Below are positions 31,679 through 42,302 of a stretch of DNA of 64,000 bases, piece after piece (position 1 is the stretch's first letter; each line of letters starts with the position of its first letter). This DNA comes from Chitinophaga pinensis (GTDB lineage: Bacteria > Bacteroidota > Bacteroidia > Flavobacteriales_D > Crocinitomicaceae): assembly GCA_945892995.1 (NCBI GenBank), contig CAMDDR010000001.1, forward strand, positions 5,481 through 69,480. The letters run 5' to 3'. The notes beneath the pieces are model-generated. The model was not told the origin of the DNA. It did no database searches and saw nothing but the letters and a program-made list of their open reading frames with translations. A program made the position numbers and the translations under genes.

Positions 31679-32572
31679 ATGAGACACGGTAATAAAGTAA
31701 ACCACTTAGGAAGAAAAACAGGACATTTAAAAGCAATGCTTTCTAATATGGCTTGTTCTCTTTTGGAACATAAAAGAATCACCACGACATTGGCGAAAGC
31801 TAAATCACTTCGTGTTTTTGTCGAGCCAATCTTGACGAAATCAAAAAATGATACAACGCATTCAAGACGTTTGGTTTTTTCTCATCTGCAAAACAAGGAA
31901 GTTGTAACTGAACTATTCAGAGACATCGCTCTTAAAATTGCAACTCGAAATGGAGGATATACACGAATCATTCGTACAGGCTTTCGTTTAGGAGATAATG
32001 CTGAAATGTGTATAATCGAACTTGTTGACTACAACGATATCTATACAAACGAAAAAGCTAAGAAAACAACACGTCGATCTAGAAGAGGTGGTGGAGCAAC
32101 AACTCCTTCTGTTTCTGGTGAAACAGATGTTGAAGATGTAGTTTCTGATGAAGTAGTTGCTGAAGATACAGTTGTTCAAGACGCAATCGTTGAAGATGTA
32201 GTTTCTGAAGAAGTAGTTGTTGAAGAGACAGTTACTGAAGAAGTAGTAGCTGAAGAAGTAGTTTCTGAAGAAGCAGTTGTTGAAGATACTATTACTGAAG
32301 AAGTAGTAGCTGAAGAAGTAGTTGTTGAAGAGACAGTTGTTGAAGAGACAGTTGTTGAAGAAGCAGTAGCTGAAGAAGCAGTTGTTGAAGAAGCAGTTGT
32401 TGAAGATACTGTTACTGAAGAAGCAGTTGTTGAAGATACTGTTACTGAAGAAGTAGTAGCTGAAGAAGTAGTTGTTGAAGAAGCAGTTTCTGAAGAACCA
32501 GTTATTGAAGAAACAACCCCTGAAACACCAGCTGAAGATTCAACTGAAGAAGAAAAGAAAGAAGAAAACTAA
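31679..32572 (+). CDS. rplQ: 50S ribosomal protein L17 with a long acidic repeat C-terminal extension
   Basis: [25 protein letters not shown]... L17 core to about residue 120, then a basic linker and 26 V/E pentapeptide repeats; 297 aa in total. Confidence 0.95.
   Translation: MRHGNKVNHLGRKTGHLKAMLSNMACSLLEHKRITTTLAKAKSLRVFVEPILTKSKNDTTHSRRLVFSHLQNKEVVTELFRDIALKIATRNGGYTRIIRTGFRLGDNAEMCIIELVDYNDIYTNEKAKKTTRRSRRGGGATTPSVSGETDVEDVVSDEVVAEDTVVQDAIVEDVVSEEVVVEETVTEEVVAEEVVSEEAVVEDTITEEVVAEEVVVEETVVEETVVEEAVAEEAVVEEAVVEDTVTEEAVVEDTVTEEVVAEEVVVEEAVSEEPVIEETTPETPAEDSTEEEKKEEN
32123..32512 (+). repeat. tandem array of 26 in-frame 15-nt units inside rplQ
   Basis: Units encode x-V-x-E-E/D; the 32-nt block ttactgaagaagtagtagctgaagaagtagtt recurs exactly at 32232, 32292 and 32442. 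Confidence 0.95.
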
Positions 32573-32596
32573 CATATTTTATAAATTGTTAATAAA

Positions 32597-32625
32597 AAGG
32601 TGGTGTTATAACTGCCTTTTTTTGT
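32597..32625 (+). terminator. probable rho-independent terminator ending the ribosomal superoperon
   Basis: 7-bp stem aaggtgg / ctgcctt (two G-U pairs as RNA), 8-nt loop, then a T-run. Confidence 0.45.
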
Positions 32626-32655
32626 TTCCCGTAATTTTTATTGAATCATAGTTCC

Positions 32656-32663
32656 TAATTTTG
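32656..32663 (+). promoter_or_regulatory. -7 promoter box (TAATTTTG) for carA
   Basis: Matches TAnnTTTG; 13 nt upstream of the carA ATG. Confidence 0.4.
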
Positions 32664-32676
32664 ACGAAAATTCTAA

Positions 32677-35069
<2,393 letters not shown>

Positions 35070-35073
35070 AATT

Positions 35074-35520
35074 ATGGCTCGATTTAATCTTAGAGTTTAT
35101 GGGCTTGTAATTAATGAGCAAGAGGAGATTCTCCTTTCTGACGAAAGACGAAGTGGTATTTCTTTTACAAAATTCCCTGGAGGTGGTGTCAATGAAAATG
35201 AGGGAATACTAGACGCGCTTCACCGTGAATTTCGAGAAGAACTTGGTAGTGATATTTTGTCTTCCTCTTTTTTTTATTTCAATGACTTTTATCAAAACTC
35301 TGCATTTAGAAAGGAAGATTCATTAGTAGTCTTTTACTACTTGGTTAAAATAAAGTCTGATTTTCAATTACCAAAGGGAGTTGATCTTCCTTTAGGATCA
35401 AACGACCCAAGTGATTTTGAGCGCTTTCGCTGGGTTCCTCTAAAAGGATTTATGGAGGAACTATTAACTTTTCCATTGGATCGAGAGGCGATAAAAAAAC
35501 TTATTGCTTTTCATCTTTAG
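35074..35520 (+). CDS. Nudix hydrolase
   Basis: 148 aa; Nudix box GGGVNENEGILDALHREFREELG. Confidence 0.85.
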   Translation: MARFNLRVYGLVINEQEEILLSDERRSGISFTKFPGGGVNENEGILDALHREFREELGSDILSSSFFYFNDFYQNSAFRKEDSLVVFYYLVKIKSDFQLPKGVDLPLGSNDPSDFERFRWVPLKGFMEELLTFPLDREAIKKLIAFHL

Positions 35521-35577
35521 TAAACTAAATTTTACTTGATTTAAGATACTTACTTCAATAAAAATTGAGCTGTTGAT

Positions 35578-36612
35578 CTATTGTAAGGCCTTGTTTACAT
35601 GTTTATTCATAACCATAAAAAATATGGGCGGAATGAAAGACAAGAGCATCATTCCAGGATATCCTGTGGGCATAACCGGAGACTCTTCGGAGGTTTCCAT
35701 TAATTGATATGGTCGATCTGCTTTAAAATGATGATCTGAATGCCGACTAAGTTCAAAAAGCACAACTCTTCCGATTACGTGGTTGGAATTCCAAGAATGT
35801 TTCCTTTTGACAGTTTCATAGTTTCCATTTTCTCTTTTTTGGCGATACAATCCATAGTGTTCAATGTAGTTTACTGTTTCTAACAAGAGTATTCCAATCG
35901 TCGCTGCGAAAAGAAAGTAAATTAAAACGGCTAATCCGAAGTAGGCATAAATTGACCCTAAAAATATTGAATGAAGAACAGAATATTGAAGCATTTTATT
36001 TTCATAATTAAACATGTGCTTTTTCATGATCTTCATTCGGGTAAATTCAATTTTCCAAGCTTGGAAATAGCTGCCAATTTGTGAGCGAAACCAGAAAACA
36101 TAAAGCCATTCGTTTCTTCGGGCAGTTGCAGGATCGCTCTTTGTTCCTACGTTCGTGTGGTGACCTCTATTGTGATAGGGTAGAAAATGATTTTCCAGTG
36201 AACTTAATAAGAGTAATTCGCCAATAAAACGTTCAAAACGATTCGAGCGATGTCCGAGTTCGTGACCAATATTAATGCCTAAAACGCCACACATAAGTCC
36301 CATGGATGAAATTCGTCCGACTAAATCAGTAGTTGTTTGCGCCTCTTGAATATGAAACAAAAAATACACTAAAAACCCAAATTGAATTGGTAACATAAGA
36401 TAAAGCAAGACTGAGTAAAAGGAATCATTGGTAACAAGCACTTTTTCTTGTTCAGATAAATTTTGGCTGTCTACTCTCAAGATAAGTTCAAAAAAAGGAA
36501 TGACTCCAAATAAATAAAGTGCAGGAAGAAAGGTAAGAATACCCGTACTATGAAAACTAATCCAAACACAAACGGGTAATGATAAAACACTGAGGTACTT
36601 TAGCTTTCTCAA
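35578..36612 (-). CDS. alkB: alkane 1-monooxygenase-like membrane di-iron hydroxylase (fatty-acid desaturase superfamily)
   Basis: 344 aa; four histidine boxes matching AlkB: HELGHR, NRGHH, NYIEHYGL, LSRHSDHH; multiple TM helices. Confidence 0.8.
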   Translation of the reverse strand: MRKLKYLSVLSLPVCVWISFHSTGILTFLPALYLFGVIPFFELILRVDSQNLSEQEKVLVTNDSFYSVLLYLMLPIQFGFLVYFLFHIQEAQTTTDLVGRISSMGLMCGVLGINIGHELGHRSNRFERFIGELLLLSSLENHFLPYHNRGHHTNVGTKSDPATARRNEWLYVFWFRSQIGSYFQAWKIEFTRMKIMKKHMFNYENKMLQYSVLHSIFLGSIYAYFGLAVLIYFLFAATIGILLLETVNYIEHYGLYRQKRENGNYETVKRKHSWNSNHVIGRVVLFELSRHSDHHFKADRPYQLMETSEESPVMPTGYPGMMLLSFIPPIFFMVMNKHVNKALQ

Positions 36613-36683
36613 ATCAAAAAAGTTAAATTATTATGTAAATATAAGTGATTTAATTTCTTTTAGGCAGGTAACTAATTACTAAT

Positions 36684-37574
36684 TTATTTTATAAAATTAG
36701 GTGAAATAATTAAATCTTTTGTTCCGTGTGTCCAAGAATAAAAGCCTTCTCCAGACTTAATGCCTTTTTTTCCAGCCGTTACCATATTTACCAACAAAGG
36801 ACATGGAGCATATTTAGGATTTCCAAAGCCCTCATGTAAAACACGAAGAATCGCTAGGCAAACATCTAAACCAATAAAATCTGCAAGTTGCAAAGGTCCC
36901 ATTGGATGTGCCATTCCTAATTTCATAACAGTATCAATTTCCTCAACACCTGCAACACCCTCATACAAAGTATAGATTGCCTCATTAATCATCGGCATTA
37001 AAATTCGATTGGCCACAAATCCAGGATAATCATTTACCTCAACAGGAACTTTATCTAATTTTTTAGAAATTTCCATAATTAAATTAGTCACCTCATCAGA
37101 AGTAGAATAACCGCGAATAATTTCAATTAATTTCATTACGGGAACTGGATTCATAAAATGCATTCCAATTACCTTATCTGGTCGATTTGTTACGGCAGCT
37201 ATTTTTGTAATCGAAATTGAAGAGGTATTTGTCGCTAAAATGACATTTTCACTTGTCGCTGCATCTAGTTCTTTAAATATTTGAAGTTTCAAATCAATAT
37301 TTTCTGTCGCTGCTTCAACAACTAAATCCACACCTTTTACACCGTCAATAAGTGAGGTAAATGTTGTTAGATTTGATAAAGTATTCTGTTTTTCAGACTC
37401 TGTAATGGCTTCTTTTGCAAGTTGGCGATCAAGATTTTTGCCAATAGTAGCTAATGCTTTGTCTAATGAAGCTTGAGAGACATCAATTAAATTAACGCGA
37501 TAGCCAAATTGCGCAAAAATATGTGCAATTCCATTTCCCATTGTACCAGCACCAATAACAGCGATATTTTTCAT
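36684..37574 (-). CDS. 3-hydroxybutyryl-CoA / 3-hydroxyacyl-CoA dehydrogenase
   Basis: 296 aa; Rossmann IAVIGAGTMGNGIA, HFMNPVPVMKLIE and PGFVANRIL motifs. Confidence 0.92.
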   Translation of the reverse strand: MKNIAVIGAGTMGNGIAHIFAQFGYRVNLIDVSQASLDKALATIGKNLDRQLAKEAITESEKQNTLSNLTTFTSLIDGVKGVDLVVEAATENIDLKLQIFKELDAATSENVILATNTSSISITKIAAVTNRPDKVIGMHFMNPVPVMKLIEIIRGYSTSDEVTNLIMEISKKLDKVPVEVNDYPGFVANRILMPMINEAIYTLYEGVAGVEEIDTVMKLGMAHPMGPLQLADFIGLDVCLAILRVLHEGFGNPKYAPCPLLVNMVTAGKKGIKSGEGFYSWTHGTKDLIISPNFIK

Positions 37575-37593
37575 GTTAATTATATTTATTTAG

Positions 37594-37601
37594 CAAATAT
37601 A
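37594..37601 (-). promoter_or_regulatory. -7 promoter box (TATATTTG on minus strand) for the 3-hydroxyacyl-CoA dehydrogenase gene
   Basis: Plus strand reads CAAATATA; 19 nt upstream of the ATG at 37574. Confidence 0.4.
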
Positions 37602-37608
37602 ATCATAG

Positions 37609-37616
37609 TATCTTTG
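37609..37616 (+). promoter_or_regulatory. -7 promoter box (TATCTTTG) for the flippase gene
   Basis: Matches TAnnTTTG; 6 nt upstream of the in-frame ATG at 37623; back-to-back with the divergent box at 37594-37601. Confidence 0.4.
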
Positions 37617-37622
37617 TCATGT

Positions 37623-38924
37623 ATGGTCTTAAATAAAATTAACTCAATTGTAAAAGGAGATTTTTTTAAATCATTAACAGTTCTTTTGTCGGGGACGTTA
37701 ATTGCTCAAATTATTGGCTACGCTATAGCGCCTATTCTAACGCGCCTATATACTACCGAAGAAATGGGTGAACTTGGGTTTTATATGCGGCTTACGGGCT
37801 TTATTGCAGCGATTGCAACCCTGCGTTACGAAGCGGCCTTGCCCTTGCCTAAAAAAGATGAACATTCATTTTTACTCTATCGCTTGGCTTATTTGATTTC
37901 AATGGTGGTACTGATTATTGTGGCAGTTGTCTTTCTGTTTTTAATTGTGTCAGGCATTGGGAATAATTTTGATTGGTGGTTTTACCTTTTTACTGTTCTC
38001 GGTACTTCATTTGTTATTATCATCAACGTTGGAACAAGTTGGTCGGTCCGAATGGGCCAATATTCCATTATTTCACGTCATAAAATAGTTAATTCTTTGG
38101 TAGCTAATCTCTTGAGATGGTTATTTGCTTTCTTTCATTTGAGCGCATTTGGATTAATTTTAGCCACGCTTTTTGGGTATTTTCTTTCTTGCTTAGAATT
38201 CGCCTTTAACTTTAAGAAGATTCGATCTAAATACAAGGACAGTATCTCCAATAAAAAAACAAAGGTCTTAATGCTTGAGCACAAAGAATTCCCTACTTTA
38301 AATTTACCTCACGTCTTTGTAGATAATGGCAGAGATATGTTAATTGCCACCTTAATTTTTACCTACTATTCTATTGGGATTTATGGATCCTTTAATCATT
38401 CTTATACCATGTTGCGTATTCCTTTAATGCTAGTTGGGGTGACTTTAGGACAACTATTCTACAATAAAGCATCTGAATTATACAATCAAAAAAAATCAAT
38501 AATGCCCTTGCTTAATAAAATCTTATTGCTTTTATCTGCTCTATCTATCGTACCTTTTTCGATCTTATTTTTTTATGGCGAACCCATCTTTATTTTTATA
38601 TTTGGACCTAATTGGGGACAAGCTGGTGGGTACTCTGAAACGATGTCTGTATGGCTAATGTTTAATTTTATCCTCTCTCCAATCTCAGTCCTTCCTTTGA
38701 TTATAGGGAAGCAAAAGATTGCTTTTTTATTTGGAATAATTAGCTCCCTTATTCAAATTCTTCCCTTGTGGCTCTTACCAATAAAATACGGACATAGTGA
38801 GAAGGTATTTGACTTTACCTTAAAAATTATTTCATGTTCTCAGTCAGCATGGTTAGCAATTACCTTAGTTGTATTCTATTCTTTAGCAAAAAAAATGAGT
38901 ATTAAAAAAAGTTTAACGACCTAA
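37623..38924 (+). CDS. polysaccharide flippase (Wzx-like, MOP superfamily)
   Basis: About 433 aa from the ATG at 37623 (the track start at 37509 overlaps the divergent gene); polytopic membrane protein, about 12 TM, at the head of a glycosyltransferase cluster. Confidence 0.8.
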   Translation: MVLNKINSIVKGDFFKSLTVLLSGTLIAQIIGYAIAPILTRLYTTEEMGELGFYMRLTGFIAAIATLRYEAALPLPKKDEHSFLLYRLAYLISMVVLIIVAVVFLFLIVSGIGNNFDWWFYLFTVLGTSFVIIINVGTSWSVRMGQYSIISRHKIVNSLVANLLRWLFAFFHLSAFGLILATLFGYFLSCLEFAFNFKKIRSKYKDSISNKKTKVLMLEHKEFPTLNLPHVFVDNGRDMLIATLIFTYYSIGIYGSFNHSYTMLRIPLMLVGVTLGQLFYNKASELYNQKKSIMPLLNKILLLLSALSIVPFSILFFYGEPIFIFIFGPNWGQAGGYSETMSVWLMFNFILSPISVLPLIIGKQKIAFLFGIISSLIQILPLWLLPIKYGHSEKVFDFTLKIISCSQSAWLAITLVVFYSLAKKMSIKKSLTT

Positions 38925-39015
38925 GTGAATTATAATTTTGTAAAATTCAACTAGATAGTACATTGTTTAAAGATGGAATAACTCATTTTAAAAACCTAAG
39001 ATTGACAAACTGTAT

Positions 39016-39591
39016 TTATTTAGCCCATGCATCATAAGTCGACTTTAATAATGGATTCTCCTCTAAAAAAGGTGCATCTAATGTTCTCGTGTCGCCAATT
39101 ATTTTAGCTGGATTCCCACTAATGATTGAAAAGTCAGGAAAATCTCCCTTTACATAACTATAGGCGGCAACAAGGCAGCCTTTGCCAATCTTTGTATCTG
39201 GCATTATGGTAGTGTGTGGCCCAATAAAAGTATAAGCTTCAATAATAATTGGGCCTTTACTATATCCAATCATATTAGCGCCTGCATACGCATTCCCATA
39301 TAGCCGAATGGATTGGTGGCTTGAATGTGTTGTTATCGTAATAAACGATGTGATTTGTACACCTTCCTTAATTTTTAATCCTTGGCTTGCTTCAATAAAG
39401 TTAAAATGCCCGATATAGACATTTTCCCCTAATTCTAAAGCCAGTGGATGGTCAATAAAAGTACTATTAGAAATCCTAGTTTTAGCAATGACTTTTTTAT
39501 GATTATCTCTTATTTTACTCATCATCATGGGGGCTCTTCCTGGAAATATTCGCCGAATAATTTTATGAATAAATGAATTGGAAATATACAT
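39016..39591 (-). CDS. left-handed beta-helix (hexapeptide-repeat) acyltransferase
   Basis: 191 aa; hexapeptide-type repeats and C-terminal ISGNPAKIIGD typical of sugar O/N-acetyltransferases. Confidence 0.8.
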   Translation of the reverse strand: MYISNSFIHKIIRRIFPGRAPMMMSKIRDNHKKVIAKTRISNSTFIDHPLALELGENVYIGHFNFIEASQGLKIKEGVQITSFITITTHSSHQSIRLYGNAYAGANMIGYSKGPIIIEAYTFIGPHTTIMPDTKIGKGCLVAAYSYVKGDFPDFSIISGNPAKIIGDTRTLDAPFLEENPLLKSTYDAWAK

Positions 39592-39851
39592 TTAAATTGC
39601 TTATTTAAGCGAAGATAAGTAAAATAAATGAAGTCATTTCTGAACTATTATCCTTGTGAGAACTATAGCCATACATTTCTTCAAATTAATTACCTTTGCT
39701 CATCATTGAACAAGAGAATATTACCTCTAAAGAACTTATTAGGAATCAAATTAAAATTGTGTATTTATTGTTTCATCCAAAGAATTGGCGAGCTGGGTTT
39801 CCTTGGAATACCTCCGGAAATAGCAAACACTTTTAAGAAGTATTAAAGTAT

Positions 39852-39859
39852 TAACTTTG
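39852..39859 (+). promoter_or_regulatory. -7 promoter box (TAACTTTG) for the glycosyltransferase block
   Basis: Matches TAnnTTTG; 31 nt upstream of the ATG at 39891. Confidence 0.4.
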
Positions 39860-39890
39860 TCGAGCAGCTTAATTAAAGAGTAAGTTATCA

Positions 39891-40925
39891 ATGCGTAAAT
39901 TATTATTGATCAGTTCAAATACAATTCATACTTACAAGTATTTGCAATTAGTTGAAACCTATTTTAATGAGGTTTTACTGATAACAAATCAGAAATCAAC
40001 TGTTTATGATTACCCAACGGTTGAGCTAAGTTTCAACTTGAAAATCAAAAATGTATTTTCAACAGTAAAAGCCATAAAGAAGCATATTGATATGTTTCAA
40101 CCAACGATTATTCATATTCATCAAGCAAACAGTTACGCATTTTATGGTCTATTAGCAAGTCGAAAAGTTAAAATTCCAACGGTTTTAACAGCTTGGGGTA
40201 GCGATGTGTTAGTAATTCCAAAAAGTAACTTTTTACTAAAGAAAATGGTTCAGTTCAATTTACGAACTGCCGATTATCTCACTTCAGATTCAAATTTCAT
40301 GGCGGCCGAAATGAAGAAATTGGCTCCTTCGATAAAAGAAATTTTGATATCAAATTTTGGCATCGATGTCACTCCTCTTGCTTGCGAAAAAGAAAACATA
40401 GTTTATTCAAATCGATTGCATAAAAAATTATACCACGTCGATAAAATTATTGAGGCTTTTGCTCTTTTTAATGCGAATAGTGAGACGAAAGATTGGCGTT
40501 TGGTGATTGCTGCTTCAGGAACGGAAACCGAAGAATTGAAAAATAAAGCTAAATCATTGGGTTTGGCTAATGATGTAGATTTCGTTGGATGGATTCAAAA
40601 AGAAGAGAATGAACAATGGTACTCAAAAGCAAAAATTTGGGTTTCGATTCCGGAATCAGATGCAACATCCATAAGTTTATTAGAAGCGATGGCATGTGGT
40701 TGTATTCCAGTAGTATCAGATTTGCCTGCCAACTGTGAATGGATTCAATCAGGAGTCAACGGAATTGTTATTGAAGATTTACAAAGTGATTTCATTTCCA
40801 AAGCGTTAAAATTGAATCATAAAGTGGCAATTGAAATAAACAAGCAACGAATTGAAAAAGATGGGACGAAAGAAGCCAATCGCACTAAATTTTTACAACT
40901 CTATCAAACAATCGTGAAAGAATGA
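39891..40925 (+). CDS. glycosyltransferase family 4 (GT-B, group 1)
   Basis: 344 aa; EX7E-type C-terminal motif ESDATSISLLEAMACGCIPVVSD. Confidence 0.88.
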   Translation: MRKLLLISSNTIHTYKYLQLVETYFNEVLLITNQKSTVYDYPTVELSFNLKIKNVFSTVKAIKKHIDMFQPTIIHIHQANSYAFYGLLASRKVKIPTVLTAWGSDVLVIPKSNFLLKKMVQFNLRTADYLTSDSNFMAAEMKKLAPSIKEILISNFGIDVTPLACEKENIVYSNRLHKKLYHVDKIIEAFALFNANSETKDWRLVIAASGTETEELKNKAKSLGLANDVDFVGWIQKEENEQWYSKAKIWVSIPESDATSISLLEAMACGCIPVVSDLPANCEWIQSGVNGIVIEDLQSDFISKALKLNHKVAIEINKQRIEKDGTKEANRTKFLQLYQTIVKE

Positions 40926-42031
40926 TAAAAGTTTGTCACATTACAAGCGTTCATCGATGGGACGATTCAAGAATATTTCACAAAGAGTGTTGTAGTGTTG
41001 CAGCGGCTGGATATGATACAACCCTGCTTGTTGCAAATGGTATTGATGATTGTGTGAATGGTGTTAAAATAGTGAATGTTCCAATTGAAAATAAAGGAAG
41101 ATTACAACGAATTGCATTTGCAGGTAAACAAATACTTAAAAAAGCATTAGAGTTGAAAGCTGATATTTATCATTTACATGATCCTGAATTGTTGCGAATA
41201 GCTGTAAAACTAAAAAAACAAACAGGTGCAAAAGTCGTTTACGACTCGCATGAGGATCTACCAAAACAAATTTTAGATAAGGCATGGATCCCTTCCTATT
41301 TACGAAAGTCAATTTCAACATTAGCGAACCGGTTTGAAATGAAAATCACTTCTAAAATAGATGGCGTTATTTCTGTTACCGAAGCAATTTGTGATCGGTT
41401 TATGTTAGTGAATAAAAATGTAGCTTTTGTAGCAAATTATCCCAAATTGGATGAGATTTCACTTTTATCTTCTGACGAAAAAGTTTTGAAAGTTGAAAAT
41501 TCTATTTGTTATGTAGGCGGTCTTTTTCCAAAACGTGGGATTAAGGAATTAGTTATTGCATTGAATAAAACAAATGCCACATTATTTTTAGCAGGTACGT
41601 TTTCTGATAAGGAATTTGAAGAAGAAGTAAAAAGTATAGATGGTTGGAAACAAGTAAAGTTCTTGGGTTATCTTGATCGTGAGGGTATTATTAAAGTGCT
41701 ACAAAAAGCACAAATAGGCATGGTAACCTTGCATCCTACGCAAAGCTATCAAGAATCATTACCTATCAAAATGTTCGAATATATGTTAGCCAAGTTACCG
41801 GTAATATCCAGTGATTTTGAATTTTGGAAACCACTTTTAGAGGGAAACCACTGTGGTATGATGGTTGATCCTTTGGATACAGATGCCATTGCTGAAAAAA
41901 TTAATTTTCTATTGAGTAAGCCCGAATTGCGTGAAAAATTTGGTGAGAATGGTTATCAGGCGGTGATATCCAAATATTCTTGGGAATCTCAAGCTGAAAA
42001 ATTACTTGAACTATATAAATCAATAAGCTAA
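40922..42031 (+). CDS. glycosyltransferase family 4 (GT-B, group 1)
   Basis: 369 aa; ATGA overlap with the upstream GT; QESLPIKMFEYMLAKLPVISSD motif. Confidence 0.88.
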   Translation: MIKVCHITSVHRWDDSRIFHKECCSVAAAGYDTTLLVANGIDDCVNGVKIVNVPIENKGRLQRIAFAGKQILKKALELKADIYHLHDPELLRIAVKLKKQTGAKVVYDSHEDLPKQILDKAWIPSYLRKSISTLANRFEMKITSKIDGVISVTEAICDRFMLVNKNVAFVANYPKLDEISLLSSDEKVLKVENSICYVGGLFPKRGIKELVIALNKTNATLFLAGTFSDKEFEEEVKSIDGWKQVKFLGYLDREGIIKVLQKAQIGMVTLHPTQSYQESLPIKMFEYMLAKLPVISSDFEFWKPLLEGNHCGMMVDPLDTDAIAEKINFLLSKPELREKFGENGYQAVISKYSWESQAEKLLELYKSIS

Positions 42032-42302
42032 CATCGTGGAGAAACTGCTAAAATATATTCGTATAAATCACCTCGAACAAGTGTTATCAGGTTTCTTTTT
42101 CATTTTAATTAATGCTTCAAAAATGGTTAGTCAACTATTTTAGAAAATCGATAAATCTAAACTAAATATATTTAATTTACTTTTTGCAATTCTTTATTTT
42201 AGCCATTAGCAAATTAAGAATTCAAATAATATAGTTTTCAATTAGCAACAATTAGATTCGAAATTCTCCATAACTTCGATTTGTAAAAATTATAAGAACT
42301 AA

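Noticed and set aside
37509-37622. ORF-track N-terminal extension of the flippase (MRKNMCNSISHC...).
   Set aside because: It overlaps the divergent dehydrogenase gene by 66 nt, precedes the -7 box and is not membrane-protein-like. The in-frame ATG at 37623 is used instead.
39628-39846. 72-aa plus-strand ORF in the 300-bp gap between the LbH acyltransferase and the first GT4. Also a 25-codon minus-strand stub reading ...VFAISGGIPRKPSSPILW, vaguely like the GNPAK tail of hexapeptide acetyltransferases.
   Set aside because: The 72-aa ORF has no recognisable motif, an odd Cys/Leu/Ile-rich composition and no -7 box in front. The minus-strand stub is too short and too weakly similar. The region is treated as non-coding, possibly containing decayed sequence.
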